From an uncultured virus (IMG/VR IMGVR_UViG_3300043673_000060) (taxonomy: Duplodnaviria > Heunggongvirae > Uroviricota > Caudoviricetes): a DNA stretch of 59,088 bases. The first letter of the stretch is position 1; each line of letters opens with the position of its first letter. The notes below the pieces were generated by a model. It was given only the letters and a program-made list of their open reading frames with translations, had not been told where the DNA came from and made no database searches. The position numbers were made by a program, and so were the translations under genes. The DNA lies in the IMG/VR virus record IMGVR_UViG_3300043673_000060, one strand, 5' to 3'. Of the stretch, positions 1 through 9,729 are shown piece after piece.

Positions 1-136
1 CAATCTTGGTCTGGACGCCGATGCATGGCGAGGCGCCCGCGAAGACCGCTCCACCCCGCTCGCCATCTTCGCCGCCTCTTTCCTCGCCAATGTCGAAGGC
101 AGCGGCAACCCGCGCCAGTTCCGCAACGATCCGCGC

Positions 137-1909
137 GTGCCGAAGATCGTCGAGGCCCTCGAAACGCTCGGCGTGGGCGAGATCGGCGAGATCCTGGGCT
201 CGGGAACGTTCGGTACGGCCGCTATCCTCGACGACGACCACGTCGTCAAGATCACCAGCGACCCAAGCGAGGTCCAGGCGGGTCACGTGCTGACGGGCAA
301 GAAGCTGCGCCACGTCGCGCGCGTCGACGGCGCATGGTTCGTCAAGGGCGTTCGCGCCAAGACGCTCATCGGCAAGATTGACGGCAAGGAGATCCGGCGG
401 CGTTACCCCACCGGGATCCTCGTCGTCGAGCGCGTGAACGGCCTGGGCGGCAAGGAAACGGAAGACCTTTCGGACCTCGTGAACGACTTCAAGAAGTCCA
501 ACCGTGTCTACCCGGACCAGCTGGCGAAGCTTTCGCATGCGGACCAGCGCGATCGGCTGCGCAGGGCGTCGCTACGGCTGCAGGACGAACTGGAAGAGAC
601 GTCGGAGCTGCTGCGTACGGAGCGACGAAGCGACGAAGCGGACCTCGCCGATGGCGTTGCTGGCGCGCTGGACGAGCTTCGTGGGCACGGCGTGTACGCG
701 ATCGACGTCCACGGCGGCAACGTCGGCTACGTGGAGAGCGAAGGCGGCAAGCGCACGTACAAGGTCTTCGACATAGGCTCGTCGAGTCCGCCCGCGCGGC
801 CGAAAGCGCAGCCTGTCGACGACGACAGCGCGATGGATCTGGAAGATGCGGGCATACAGCTGGCCTTCTCGGGGATGCTGAGCGAGGCATCGGAGGCGGC
901 GGGATGGATTGGTGGCGGCGCGGACGAGATGGAGGTGGTGGACGCGGGGGCGGAGGAAACGGATGACGAGCAGGGCTGGGCGCTGGTGAACGAGGATGGG
1001 CAGGCGGTCAACGACGAGCGCTTTGCCACGGATTCGGACGCGTACATGAGCGCGCGCGTCACGTATCGCGGCCCGCGCCGCACTGCCGACGGCAGGCCCA
1101 TGCTGATCGGGCGCACGGTGTGGGTGTCTCAGGTCGACGCGGCCGGAGCTGCTGTCTCGTGGCTCGAAAGCGGCGCGCGCGAGGCTCCGACGACCGCGCT
1201 CGGCATCCGCTTCACCCCCATCGAGAGCGGCGCCTTCGGCGGCGAGTTCCTGACTGGCTTCACCGAAGTCCGTCCGCAGCTCATGAAGCACCGCGAGCAG
1301 ACACCGAGCGTCGAGACAATCATTTTGAGCACCGTTTTCGCTGGCCTGACGGTCCACACGCAGATCGCCACGGCCGAGAAGTCGTTCAAGTGTGTCACGA
1401 ACCGCTTGCGCGGCGGGCGCATGCCGACGCTCGCGGACATCGACGACTGCCTGGTGCCGCTTGGGCTCATCAAGAGCCGTCGAGCGATGTACGAGTCGGC
1501 CGGGACATGGGCGCCGCTCGTGCAGGAGGCCATGAAGAGCGGCCTACGGGACCGGGCGTTGCGGCGCCACCTGTACCTGACGACGGAAACGCCGCACGAC
1601 ATCGCGCTGGCGAAGCTCAGCTTCGTGCTGGCGCTGTTGGGCCAGGACGTTTGCTGCCTAGACGCCCGCATCCTCAACCGCATGTACGAGCGCGAGGAGG
1701 CCAACCGGCTCGCGCACGAGTTCGGCAGGCCGCCGAGCGAGCGCATGCTGGCCAGGTACGAGGCGACAGAGGACGCGTTTCTCGATCACAACGCCTTTTT
1801 CAGACCGAGCGATCCGCTTGGGAGGGCGCGGGCGCAGTGGAATTCGTGGGAGGCTGTTGGCGGCAAGCCTGCGAATCACGCCGTGTGGCTCGGGGTCGTG
1901 AGCGGCTGA
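137..1909 (+). CDS. Multidomain protein: N-terminal protein kinase-like domain, acidic linker, C-terminal HhH/DNA-glycosylase-like domain
   Basis: Kinase motifs GSGTFG, VVKIT, DVHGGN and VFDIG are present. The C-terminal AKLSFVLALLGQDVCCLDARIL resembles the HhH-GPD glycosylase core (weaker call). Confidence 0.65.
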   Translation: MPKIVEALETLGVGEIGEILGSGTFGTAAILDDDHVVKITSDPSEVQAGHVLTGKKLRHVARVDGAWFVKGVRAKTLIGKIDGKEIRRRYPTGILVVERVNGLGGKETEDLSDLVNDFKKSNRVYPDQLAKLSHADQRDRLRRASLRLQDELEETSELLRTERRSDEADLADGVAGALDELRGHGVYAIDVHGGNVGYVESEGGKRTYKVFDIGSSSPPARPKAQPVDDDSAMDLEDAGIQLAFSGMLSEASEAAGWIGGGADEMEVVDAGAEETDDEQGWALVNEDGQAVNDERFATDSDAYMSARVTYRGPRRTADGRPMLIGRTVWVSQVDAAGAAVSWLESGAREAPTTALGIRFTPIESGAFGGEFLTGFTEVRPQLMKHREQTPSVETIILSTVFAGLTVHTQIATAEKSFKCVTNRLRGGRMPTLADIDDCLVPLGLIKSRRAMYESAGTWAPLVQEAMKSGLRDRALRRHLYLTTETPHDIALAKLSFVLALLGQDVCCLDARILNRMYEREEANRLAHEFGRPPSERMLARYEATEDAFLDHNAFFRPSDPLGRARAQWNSWEAVGGKPANHAVWLGVVSG

Positions 1910-1937
1910 CGCCACGATCCTCTACCGGCGTCGCCTC

Positions 1938-2193
1938 GTCTCCACCGCTTGCCAGGTGGAGCTTCGTTTCACCCACCCTGCTCGGAATCCGCACGCAGGC
2001 ATGGGCCCGGTCTCCACCGCTTGCCATGTGGAGCTTCGTTTCACCCCAGCAGGACCTCGGGATCGACCACCCGAGTCACCTCGTCTCCACCGCTTGCCAT
2101 GTGGAGCTTCGTTTCACCCTCGTCCTTGCCGACGCCGTTGTACGCGATGATGATCTTGTCTCCACCGCTTGCCATGTGGAGCTTCGTTTCACC
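1938..2193 (-). CRISPR. CRISPR array 1 (no adjacent cas gene): 4 repeats of 36 nt, 3 spacers (36, 37, 39 nt)
   Basis: GTCTCCACCGCTTGCCA[G/T]GTGGAGCTTCGTTTCACC at 1938, 2010, 2083 and 2158; the leader copy lies on the right side. Confidence 0.97.
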
Positions 2194-2389
2194 AGGTCCC
2201 GCAGGACCCCAATCATTACGCGCCATTGCTGGCCATTGCGCGAGCGGTCGCCATTCTCGCCAACTTCTCGTCGCGCATTCGCCTCGCGCGCTCCCACCTG
2301 CTTTCCTTCTTGTCTCCGTTTTCGTTCGCGTTTTCGTCCTCGCGAGCGCCTGCCAGCACTTTCGCATCGCCCGGCCGCTCGCGCCAGCG
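2194..2389 (-). repeat. Copy of the CRISPR leader / 3' end of the cas12m-like gene
   Basis: Near-identical reverse complement of ~20409-20605; 2194-2280 is identical to 59002-59088. Confidence 0.93.
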
Positions 2390-2396
2390 CGTTGCC

Positions 2397-2621
2397 CTAT
2401 TCCTGTTCGCCTTCGCTCGGGTCGGGCGTTTCCGCTTCCTCGATCAGCTCGTCGGTGATGGCGCTCATCTCGCTGGCCAGCGCCGCGATGGCGTCCGCGA
2501 TGACGCCGTGCTCGGAGTCCGCGTCGTTGAGGCCGACGATCTTGACGTCCGCGTCCTCTTCGCCGCGTGCGATGAGCACGACGACGCCGATGAAACCGTC
2601 CGGGACTGTGACCGTTGTCAT
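2397..2621 (-). CDS. Small acidic hypothetical protein
   Basis: 74-aa ORF ending 7 nt before the leader copy. Confidence 0.55.
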   Translation of the reverse strand: MTTVTVPDGFIGVVVLIARGEEDADVKIVGLNDADSEHGVIADAIAALASEMSAITDELIEEAETPDPSEGEQE

Positions 2622-2708
2622 GTGGGACCTCGCTGGGGTGAAGGCCGCAAACTAGACCGACGACGACGGCGTGTCGAGGGCCTGTACGCGCGCAGCAAAC
2701 TTCCTGGG

Positions 2709-3059
2709 TCAAGACTTCGGTCGCGAAGCCGCCACGAGCGCGGCGAGCGCGAGCAAGCCGACGCCTACGAGACCCACAATGAGCGCCTTCGAGCCCGTAC
2801 TGGAGCCCGTACCGGACGTTGCCGGTGCCCGTACGGCGCCCACGTTCGACTGCGTGGCCATCCAGTTCTGGAAGGCGCCGAACGAGTCGATCGTGCGCTC
2901 GGGCGGATTGAATAGCTGGCCCGTCAGGATCGAGAGTCCGTTCTGCGCCGCGAGCGCGGTGCACTGGGCGGCGATGCCGGCCCATACGGCCGGGTCGGCC
3001 TGGGCGACGGACACGATCATGCCGTCGGTGTCCTGGAGGTCGATCTCGATGTTGGCCAT
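2709..3059 (-). CDS. Hypothetical protein with C-terminal transmembrane anchor
   Basis: Hydrophobic ALIVGLVGVGLLALAALVAA followed by a basic tail; TAGAAT -10-like box 8 nt before the ATG. Confidence 0.7.
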   Translation of the reverse strand: MANIEIDLQDTDGMIVSVAQADPAVWAGIAAQCTALAAQNGLSILTGQLFNPPERTIDSFGAFQNWMATQSNVGAVRAPATSGTGSSTGSKALIVGLVGVGLLALAALVAASRPKS

Positions 3060-3074
3060 GGCCTACCATTCTAC

Positions 3075-3102
3075 TTCTTTCGCTCCCAGTCGGGGCTACG
3101 AC
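3075..3102. repeat. 28-bp direct repeat, left flank of the TA cassette
   Basis: TTCTTTCGCTCCCAGTCGGGGCTACGAC, identical at 3911-3938. Confidence 0.9.
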
Positions 3103-3509
3103 TTTTCCCGCTTCGGCAGCGGAAAGAGAGTCTCGACCAGCCAGAGTACGAGACGATCCGTCTGCATTCCGCTCTCGGCCATGGTCTGAAGCTCCACCAT
3201 TGCGTTCCGTGCCTTTTTCGGCGTTGTCCTCAACTGGCTACCGTTGATCGCCAGAAAAGTCATCATCGCGTCGAGCCCGGCGCGCTTGTTGCCGTCCTGG
3301 AAGACGTGTCCCTGGACGATGTAGACGGCGTATGCGGCAGCCAACTCTTCAAGCGAGTTGTAGTACGAGTTCTTGACCGCCTGCACGGCCGCCTCCACGC
3401 CCTCGTAGTTGGCGCCACGGTGGCCACCGCCTTCGTCGCCGCCCCAGCGTTCAAGCAGCTCCTTGTGCATCTGGACTACGCGTTCAGCGGTTAGCCACTT
3501 CCACCTCAT
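3096..3509 (-). CDS. doc: Doc/Fic family toxin
   Basis: HVFQDGNKR Fic/Doc motif; 137 aa; overlaps the antitoxin stop (ATGA). Confidence 0.88.
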   Translation of the reverse strand: MRWKWLTAERVVQMHKELLERWGGDEGGGHRGANYEGVEAAVQAVKNSYYNSLEELAAAYAVYIVQGHVFQDGNKRAGLDAMMTFLAINGSQLRTTPKKARNAMVELQTMAESGMQTDRLVLWLVETLFPLPKREKS

Positions 3510-3760
3510 CGCCCGCGTCCCTTGTCGAACTCAGCGAGGCCGCTGAACGCGGGGCCGTACCGACGCAGCACGGCCGCATGCGCACGCTGGAACTCGGCGT
3601 CGGACGGCGTATCGTCTTCTGGCTCCACGACGAGTTGGCGGCCAACGATGGATAGACGGACTGGTGACCCGCTCGCCACGCCCATCGCCTCTGCGATGTC
3701 GCGAGGAATGATGACGCCGAGACTTCCGCCGACCTTGGTTACCTGTCGATGTATGCTCAT
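3506..3760 (-). CDS. AbrB/MazE-type antitoxin
   Basis: RQVTKVGGSLGVIIPRDIAEAMGV AbrB signature; promoter TTGACC-N17-TACAAT ends 6 nt before the ATG at 3760. Confidence 0.85.
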   Translation of the reverse strand: MSIHRQVTKVGGSLGVIIPRDIAEAMGVASGSPVRLSIVGRQLVVEPEDDTPSDAEFQRAHAAVLRRYGPAFSGLAEFDKGRGR

Positions 3761-3910
3761 CGACGCATTGTATGCACGTACAACTAACGGGTCAAGCGCT
3801 GCCGCTCGGCCTGGGCGAACCACTTGACGGTGCCGTTCTTGGCCAGGCCGACCGCGTGCGGGCACGACGGGTGGCGCATCGACCCGTCCATCACAAGCCT
3901 GCTGATGCGT

Positions 3911-3938
3911 TTCTTTCGCTCCCAGTCGGGGCTACGAC
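3911..3938. repeat. 28-bp direct repeat, right flank of the TA cassette
   Basis: Identical to 3075-3102. Confidence 0.9.
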
Positions 3939-6718
3939 GTCAAGCGCGGCGTGAGCTGCGCGTTGATCTGGTGTGCGCGGGCGGGCGCAACGACAGGCGG
4001 CGCGGTAGCCGTCCGCGTGCCTACCGGTACCGCCGTCGACGTGATCGCCGGCCCAAGGGCGCCAACGCAGATACTAGTGGTCACGCCCGTCACGGACACG
4101 CCGGTGCCGTCAGATTGAGCGATCCACCCACTGTTTGGCACTGGCGTAGCGATCGAGTTGCAAAGAACAGCCAGCTCCATGTCGTTCGGCAAGAAATAAG
4201 CGGCAGACTGTTCGCCTCGCAGCCCACTGCCGTTGCCGCTGTCCCCGTTGTAGCCGCCCTTCGCGAACATACCGTTCGAGACGTTGATCGACTGCCCCGG
4301 CTCAACCTGCTGTACGAGGTCCAACGCGAAACCGTTGGTTATGAAAAGCTGCGACCAGTACGGCGTAACTATCGCGCTCGTTCTACGGAACGTGGACATG
4401 CACTTGAGGGCTTCGTTGACCGACAGGTGCCACCCAGACGCCCCGACAGTCCATCCCATATCTCCGTCGTTGTAGCCGGAAGCGGATAGCCAGCCGGGCG
4501 TGTTCTTGGTGGTCATTCCGGCCAGCGGCACCGTGTTCGACGGTGTCCAATATGCCGACACGTTGTATGCGAGGGCATCGGAGGGGCCGTGCACGGTCGA
4601 GACACTGGACACACCGGACGGAACGAAGACGTAGGCCTTCATACAGTATTCGTAGGCGCTGATGGCCAAGTAGTCCCAGAGCGAGTCCGAGGCTGCGCCG
4701 GATCCGCCGTTCATCGCAGCCACAGCCTGGTCGGTCACGCCGCCCATGACGTTCGAGATGATGAAGCGCATCAGACCAAACGCGGCGTTGCAGTACACGC
4801 GCGGCTGCGGCTGCGATCCGACGCTCTGCGCGACCATAGCTTTCATGTTGCCGATTTCGGCGTCCTGGTTTGGAAACCCAGACGTGTGCGTGAGCAACTG
4901 CGCGAGAGTGATCTTGTCGACGTTCGCGCCCTTCTTCCAGTACCCCGGAAGAAACTGACTCATCGTCGTCGTAAACGGGTTCAGGTTGTACTGCTGACAC
5001 ATCCGCGCCATGCACATGGAGGTCAGCAACTTGCTGCAACTGGCCAGGTTCTGTCGTGTGGACGGCGTCCACGGGATTCCTGGCGACGATCCGGCCGGCG
5101 TTTGCGCCCAACCGTACGTGTCCTGCCAGGTCAGTTGCCCCTCCACGTTGATCTGGACGCTGTAGCCAGCGACCATGAGCCCCGTGCCTCGGAAAACAGA
5201 CCTGAATGTGTTGGCGAAACCGTTGACGTCCAGTACGAGTTGCCTGGTTGGCGCCGACGGCGACGAAGTCGGCGGAGCAGGCGCCGGCATCATGATCGGC
5301 TGCGCGGGGCCACCCGGTCGTACGAGTGTGCTCACGTTCTTCCCGACGACGGTGCGCATGAATGGCGACAGCGCAACCGACGGCAACGAAGACGGCGCCG
5401 CGCCCGCGCCCGTCACCAGCGCCATCGCCGGATCTGCGGAGCCAGCGCCGAAGCACCCGTTGCCGGTCGTGGCGCCGAGGCCGCTCTGTACGGAGCGACG
5501 GTCAAGGAAGCAGCGGCCAACGCCTGCGGGAGCTTGCGCGGGGGCAGGAGCGGCGGGAGTGAGTTGGGCGTTGACTTGGTAGGAGGCGTCGGTGGGAGCG
5601 TCCTGCCAGGCTCGCTCGATGCAGGACTTGTCCATGAGCGAGATGAGCTTGTTCCCGCGCCACGGGATTTCCATGCGCTCCTTGCTCGTGCCCACGACAT
5701 GCACGAGGCGGTAGTCGTCAGGCACGGGCTTCACGTCGAACTCAGCGCCGTCGACGTTGTCGCGCGCGGCGGAGATGACGAGGCCCCAGGATTCGGCGCG
5801 CGTCGTGACGCTCTTGAGTGTGTGCTTTTTCGCGATCTTCGCGACAATCGAGTACGTCACGCCCGGTTCCGCCATGAAGCTCTTGCCCTTCTTGGCGATC
5901 TCGTACATCGCGGGCAGCGCGCCGAGCATGCGGAAGCGGACGAAGTCGCGGAACGCGCATGGGGCACCGGCGAGACCTTGCTGGCCAACGAATTCTTGTG
6001 GCCACACCATAGATGCCGAACCCGCGTGCACAACGTGGAGGCAACCGTCGGCGAAGTCGTCGACCTCAACGACCTCGATGCCGTTCTCCCGCAGCGTACG
6101 CACCCACGGGTAGTCCTCGGTGCCTTCTTCGGGGAAGGGATACTTGGCTTGCAGGTCGGCCCGGTACAGGTAGCTGAAGCCGTAACCATATCGCATCGCC
6201 TCCTCGTACCGAGGATCCTCGCCCGGCTCCACGTCGATCGGCCCTTCAGGTGTCGTGTCACCCATGAGCGCATAGTGCCGCCCGGACATGCTGCGCACGT
6301 CCCACTGCCAGATCGTACCCGCCGCCTCGCCGCCGTCGACGAGCAAGCGGAACACGGCGAGCTTCGCGAGCTGCCCATCACCGAGCTTCGCTCGCATCTG
6401 CGACAAAAAATTCGCCGCATAGTGATCGTCGTCGTCCTGGTGGGCGATCAGCACTGCTCCTGCTTTGCGAGCCAGCTCACAGAGACGGTTTCGGACGGCG
6501 CCGATGCGCGTGACCTCGCGCTTGCCCTGCGCTGGCTCGTGCACGTAGCCGACCCGCGGGTCTTGCAGCTGGGAGAAGAACGGCGATGGCTCGGCGCTCT
6601 CGTCGAGCACGATGAGGATCTTGTCGTCCCAGTCCTGAGCGGCGAACGTGGCGTACAGAGACTCGTGCGTCTCCGGGCGACCCATGGTCGGGACGATGCT
6701 TGCGATGCGCTCGCTCAT
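3932..6718 (-). CDS. Fusion of a GT2-like glycosyltransferase and a serine beta-lactamase-like hydrolase
   Basis: N-terminal SIVPT...ARNRL-like segment and HQDDDDHY (GT-A); C-terminal SCSK (SxxK), LLTHTSG, YCN and KGG motifs. Start taken at MSERIAS. Confidence 0.8.
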   Translation of the reverse strand: MSERIASIVPTMGRPETHESLYATFAAQDWDDKILIVLDESAEPSPFFSQLQDPRVGYVHEPAQGKREVTRIGAVRNRLCELARKAGAVLIAHQDDDDHYAANFLSQMRAKLGDGQLAKLAVFRLLVDGGEAAGTIWQWDVRSMSGRHYALMGDTTPEGPIDVEPGEDPRYEEAMRYGYGFSYLYRADLQAKYPFPEEGTEDYPWVRTLRENGIEVVEVDDFADGCLHVVHAGSASMVWPQEFVGQQGLAGAPCAFRDFVRFRMLGALPAMYEIAKKGKSFMAEPGVTYSIVAKIAKKHTLKSVTTRAESWGLVISAARDNVDGAEFDVKPVPDDYRLVHVVGTSKERMEIPWRGNKLISLMDKSCIERAWQDAPTDASYQVNAQLTPAAPAPAQAPAGVGRCFLDRRSVQSGLGATTGNGCFGAGSADPAMALVTGAGAAPSSLPSVALSPFMRTVVGKNVSTLVRPGGPAQPIMMPAPAPPTSSPSAPTRQLVLDVNGFANTFRSVFRGTGLMVAGYSVQINVEGQLTWQDTYGWAQTPAGSSPGIPWTPSTRQNLASCSKLLTSMCMARMCQQYNLNPFTTTMSQFLPGYWKKGANVDKITLAQLLTHTSGFPNQDAEIGNMKAMVAQSVGSQPQPRVYCNAAFGLMRFIISNVMGGVTDQAVAAMNGGSGAASDSLWDYLAISAYEYCMKAYVFVPSGVSSVSTVHGPSDALAYNVSAYWTPSNTVPLAGMTTKNTPGWLSASGYNDGDMGWTVGASGWHLSVNEALKCMSTFRRTSAIVTPYWSQLFITNGFALDLVQQVEPGQSINVSNGMFAKGGYNGDSGNGSGLRGEQSAAYFLPNDMELAVLCNSIATPVPNSGWIAQSDGTGVSVTGVTTSICVGALGPAITSTAVPVGTRTATAPPVVAPARAHQINAQLTPRLTS

Positions 6719-6915
6719 GCGGTCCACGTGAAATTGTACGACCGGACCATGTACCAATGCGCACGCTGGCCCCACCCGCCGTAGACCATGTCGGCCGGCA
6801 CCAACTCCTCGACGCCAGCCGCGAGCACCTGGCGGCCACGCTCCGTCCTGAGCCACGGAAACAGGGCCAGCAGTAGCGACTGCAGCATCGAGACGAGGAA
6901 ATCGCGGCGGTCCAC
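6715..6915 (-). CDS. Small protein with a twin-arginine-like N-terminus
   Basis: MDRRDFL followed by a hydrophobic stretch; TAGAAT box 7 nt before the GTG. Confidence 0.5.
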   Translation of the reverse strand: MDRRDFLVSMLQSLLLALFPWLRTERGRQVLAAGVEELVPADMVYGGWGQRAHWYMVRSYNFTWTA

Positions 6916-7121
6916 GGGCTCGATTCTAGCCCCCGATGGGCCACGCTTGCAACGTCGTGGGCGTCGGAGTAATCCTAACTAGCTGGCCGTGGGACGCCCC
7001 CAGTGCGACCTAAACGGCCGACCCGGTCCGCGCAGGATACGTAACGCCTGCGCGGAGCCGGCAACTTCGCTGCACACGCCGAGGCATACTCCGCCCGGCA
7101 CGGGAAGGTAGACGCGTGTCG

Positions 7122-7276
7122 ATCTACGGCGACGGCGCAGTGCGCTCCCCACACTTCCTCTCGTCGCCGATGACGCTCATCGAGCTATGGCGCCTGTACC
7201 CAGGCATCATCGGGCCGCACGACATCGCCGCGCTCATGCGAAGCGGTCAACTCGTGTACGACGAGGCGCTCGGCAA
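7122..7276 (+). repeat. 155-bp partial duplicate of ORF 7982-8272 (likely gene remnant)
   Basis: Near-identical to 8036-8190. Confidence 0.85.
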
Positions 7277-7372
7277 TGGGTCGAGGATATGCACGTGTCC
7301 GGCCTCGATAACCTCCCGCTCATCGCGACAGCGCCCGTTGCGGCAGGCGGACGGGCGTCCTAGTTTACGAGC

Positions 7373-7693
7373 ATGCCGAAGCGCGACCATGGCCTCGGAG
7401 CGCTCGCTGCAGCAGCGGTCTCAAGCGGGTCCCCAGACAGAAACGCTGCCTTCATCCAGAGACTGCGTACGCAGCTCGGCGCGCGGGCAATCACGCTCGT
7501 CGGGGCTGAGCTTGGTCGCAACGTCGTTGGCCCCGTCTGGGTGGTCACGATTCAGACCCCGGACGCGCAGATCGTGGTTCTCCACGCCCCGATCGCTGGC
7601 AACTTCGACCCGCTGTCTGCCGGCGTTTGCGACGACGTGACCCAGCGCGTGAGTGAGTATGTGGAGCAGCGCGCGACCGGGTCGACGGTATGA
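7373..7693 (+). CDS. Hypothetical protein
   Basis: 106-aa ORF; TAGTTT box 6 nt before the ATG. Confidence 0.6.
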   Translation: MPKRDHGLGALAAAAVSSGSPDRNAAFIQRLRTQLGARAITLVGAELGRNVVGPVWVVTIQTPDAQIVVLHAPIAGNFDPLSAGVCDDVTQRVSEYVEQRATGSTV

Positions 7694-7981
7694 GCGCGCT
7701 CGTCGACGACAGCATCAAGGCCGCGCTCGGGGAATCGCCAGCTACTCGACACCGGCGGCGGCGCCGGCAAACCCAGGCTTGCAGAATCCGCGCACCGGAT
7801 CGCGCTACTCGTCGACCTGACCCGGCGCGCCCCGCTAAGCTCGTCACCTGAGCCCGTAGCGCTTCCGCGCCCGTTGGCGACGTGGTAGCTAACGTGACAT
7901 GACGGCCTGGACCCGAAAGCTCTGGCGGTTCGCCTGGTCGACGACGGCCGACGGGACGCTGCTGGTTGACGGCGACGGCGA

Positions 7982-8272
7982 GTGGATCCGTCTGTTCGGG
8001 CGCACCTGGTACCTCGCGGAGCAGGCACGTTGAGCATCTACGGCGACGGCGTCACCCGCTCCCCACACTTCCTCTCGTCGCCGATGACGCTCATCGAGCT
8101 ATGGCGCCTGTACCCAGGCATCATCGGGCCGCACGACATCGCCGCGCTCATGCGAAGCGGTCAACTCGTGTACGACGAGGCGCTCGGCAAGTGCGTGGAA
8201 CCGGTGACGAAGGCGTCGGACCTGGTTGCGCCGGTGAAGAAGGTGGCGAAGAAGAGGAGCAAGAAGCGCTAG
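7982..8272 (+). CDS. Hypothetical protein with basic C-terminus
   Basis: 96-aa ORF; its core is duplicated at 7122-7276. Confidence 0.55.
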   Translation: MDPSVRAHLVPRGAGTLSIYGDGVTRSPHFLSSPMTLIELWRLYPGIIGPHDIAALMRSGQLVYDEALGKCVEPVTKASDLVAPVKKVAKKRSKKR

Positions 8273-8470
8273 GGCGCCAGCAGGAGGACGGAAGAGACGG
8301 TCAGGGCATCTTCTTCTTGCCAACGACGTAACCTACCAGGACGCCGACTGCGAGCGCGCCGAGGCCCACCATCACGTTCGTGTCACGTATGTCGCCGGAG
8401 GAGCGTATGGACGTGATGCGATGCCGGCGGGAGGGCGAGCGGTAGTGGCGTTCGTAGCGGCGGGAGGCCA

Positions 8471-8950
8471 TTACGCCCCCTGTTGGGCAACCCTAACGGG
8501 GGGGGGCGCAACCCTAACGGGGGGGGCCGCGAAGGACGGCCCCTGCGGACCGTCGGCGTGAGCGCTCTGCAAGGGTCCGTGCGCGATCGGGGCGCCCGGC
8601 GTGGGAGCGACCGGGGCGGGAGCGACCGGGGCGAGGGGGACCGGGGCGAGGGGGAGAGACTGGTAGTACCCGAGCAGCGTAGTACCGGCCCCGATTCGGA
8701 TCCATCCAGTGAGCGGACCAGCAGTCCCTGCCTGGTACCAGATGTTGTTGGCCCCTCCGAGGCCGGGGACCGGCATCTCCCCCGACCACGTCGTGGCGTT
8801 CACCGCGCTCGGGTTCGGCGTGGCTGCGGCCCAGTAGAGCCCCGGCATAGGCGGGATGTATTGGGCGTAGTTCACGACGGAGTAGGCGCCGACGCCCACC
8901 GTTTCAGCCCGTGCAGCCCGTCGCAGATAGTAGCTTGCGTCGCCGATCAT
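8471..8950 (-). CDS. Pro-rich hypothetical protein
   Basis: APV repeats and a 21-bp tandem repeat near the 3' end. Confidence 0.6.
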   Translation of the reverse strand: MIGDASYYLRRAARAETVGVGAYSVVNYAQYIPPMPGLYWAAATPNPSAVNATTWSGEMPVPGLGGANNIWYQAGTAGPLTGWIRIGAGTTLLGYYQSLPLAPVPLAPVAPAPVAPTPGAPIAHGPLQSAHADGPQGPSFAAPPVRVAPPPVRVAQQGA

Positions 8951-9022
8951 GCCCCATCCTCGCCCGCTAGGGGGGGGCTGTCAACTACGGGCTCGCGGCG
9001 TCCAAGTGGACGACGGGACTGA

Positions 9023-9373
9023 TTACGGTATCCACGCCGCCAGCGCCGTGTGCGCGTGGAACAGTTGCCACGCCACGGTCCCCAGGAAGCCCCCAGCGAA
9101 CGCCCCGCCCGCCAGAGCGGCCAGGGCCCGAGACGGCACCGCAACGGCCTGTACGGCGCGCGCAGTGGCCATGGCGACGCCTGCGGCGGCCAGGCGCAGC
9201 GCGATCGACCGCATCGAGGCCTCGACCTGCTCCGCTCGCACGCGACCGTCTTCCAGACGCCGCACATCGGCCGCCGTCAGTTCGGCGATCACGATGGCGC
9301 GATCCAGCTTGGCTGAAATTGTCTCCAGCGTGGCCACCATGGGTGGCGGGAGCGGCGAATGGGGCGTGGACAC
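9023..9373 (-). CDS. Coiled-coil protein with C-terminal transmembrane segment
   Basis: Helical N-terminus, hydrophobic C-terminus. Confidence 0.55.
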   Translation of the reverse strand: MSTPHSPLPPPMVATLETISAKLDRAIVIAELTAADVRRLEDGRVRAEQVEASMRSIALRLAAAGVAMATARAVQAVAVPSRALAALAGGAFAGGFLGTVAWQLFHAHTALAAWIP

Positions 9374-9379
9374 GGCTGC

Positions 9380-9673
9380 CTACCGACGGGCGGGCGTGAG
9401 CTGGGCGTTGACGCTGGCGCCGCGCACGGGTCGCCCAGGGGCGTTTCCTGCGCCTCGGGGGAGGCCGGCGGTGCCCGGAGGGCTGCTCGACAAGGAACTC
9501 ACCGAAGATGACAAGGAACTCACCGTAGAAGCGCCCACGAGGGCCATGGCGGCGCCGCCAGCGAGGGCTCCCCAGCCGGCCCCGGGACCCTTGTCGATGA
9601 GGTACCCGACGATCGAGCCCACAAGAGCCCCGCCCACACCGCTAGAGACCGCTGCCGTCGTTTTTAGACCCAT
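9380..9673 (-). CDS. Glycine-zipper membrane protein with C-terminal VNAQLTP tag
   Basis: GxxxG helices; promoter TTGCAG-N18-TAGGCT-N6-ATG. Confidence 0.65.
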   Translation of the reverse strand: MGLKTTAAVSSGVGGALVGSIVGYLIDKGPGAGWGALAGGAAMALVGASTVSSLSSSVSSLSSSPPGTAGLPRGAGNAPGRPVRGASVNAQLTPARR

Positions 9674-9729
9674 GGCTGAAGCCTACAACGAGGGCGCGCC
9701 GGGCTGCAACTGCCAGCTGCGTGGCAGGT

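Noticed and set aside
2158..2280. Terminal redundancy or circularity with the window end
   Set aside because: Identity is limited to repeat plus leader; the adjacent spacers differ.
1120..2655. Long ORFs crossing the arrays (also 20344-21253 and 57685-58817)
   Set aside because: They are translations of CRISPR repeats (VSTACHVELRFT and similar) and GC-rich shadow frames.
3188..3198. GAAGCTCCACC in doc (and GTCTCCACCG at ~43126) as extra repeats
   Set aside because: Only 10-11 nt, no second stem arm, inside coding sequence.
4589..6784. Large antisense ORFs (also 28590-30539, 31046-32653, 44304-46340)
   Set aside because: They mirror motif-supported or operon-consistent genes on the opposite strand, as expected at high GC.
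8487..8530. G-runs as a phase-variation tract
   Set aside because: Explained by a 21-bp in-frame tandem repeat encoding Pro-rich sequence near the gene end.
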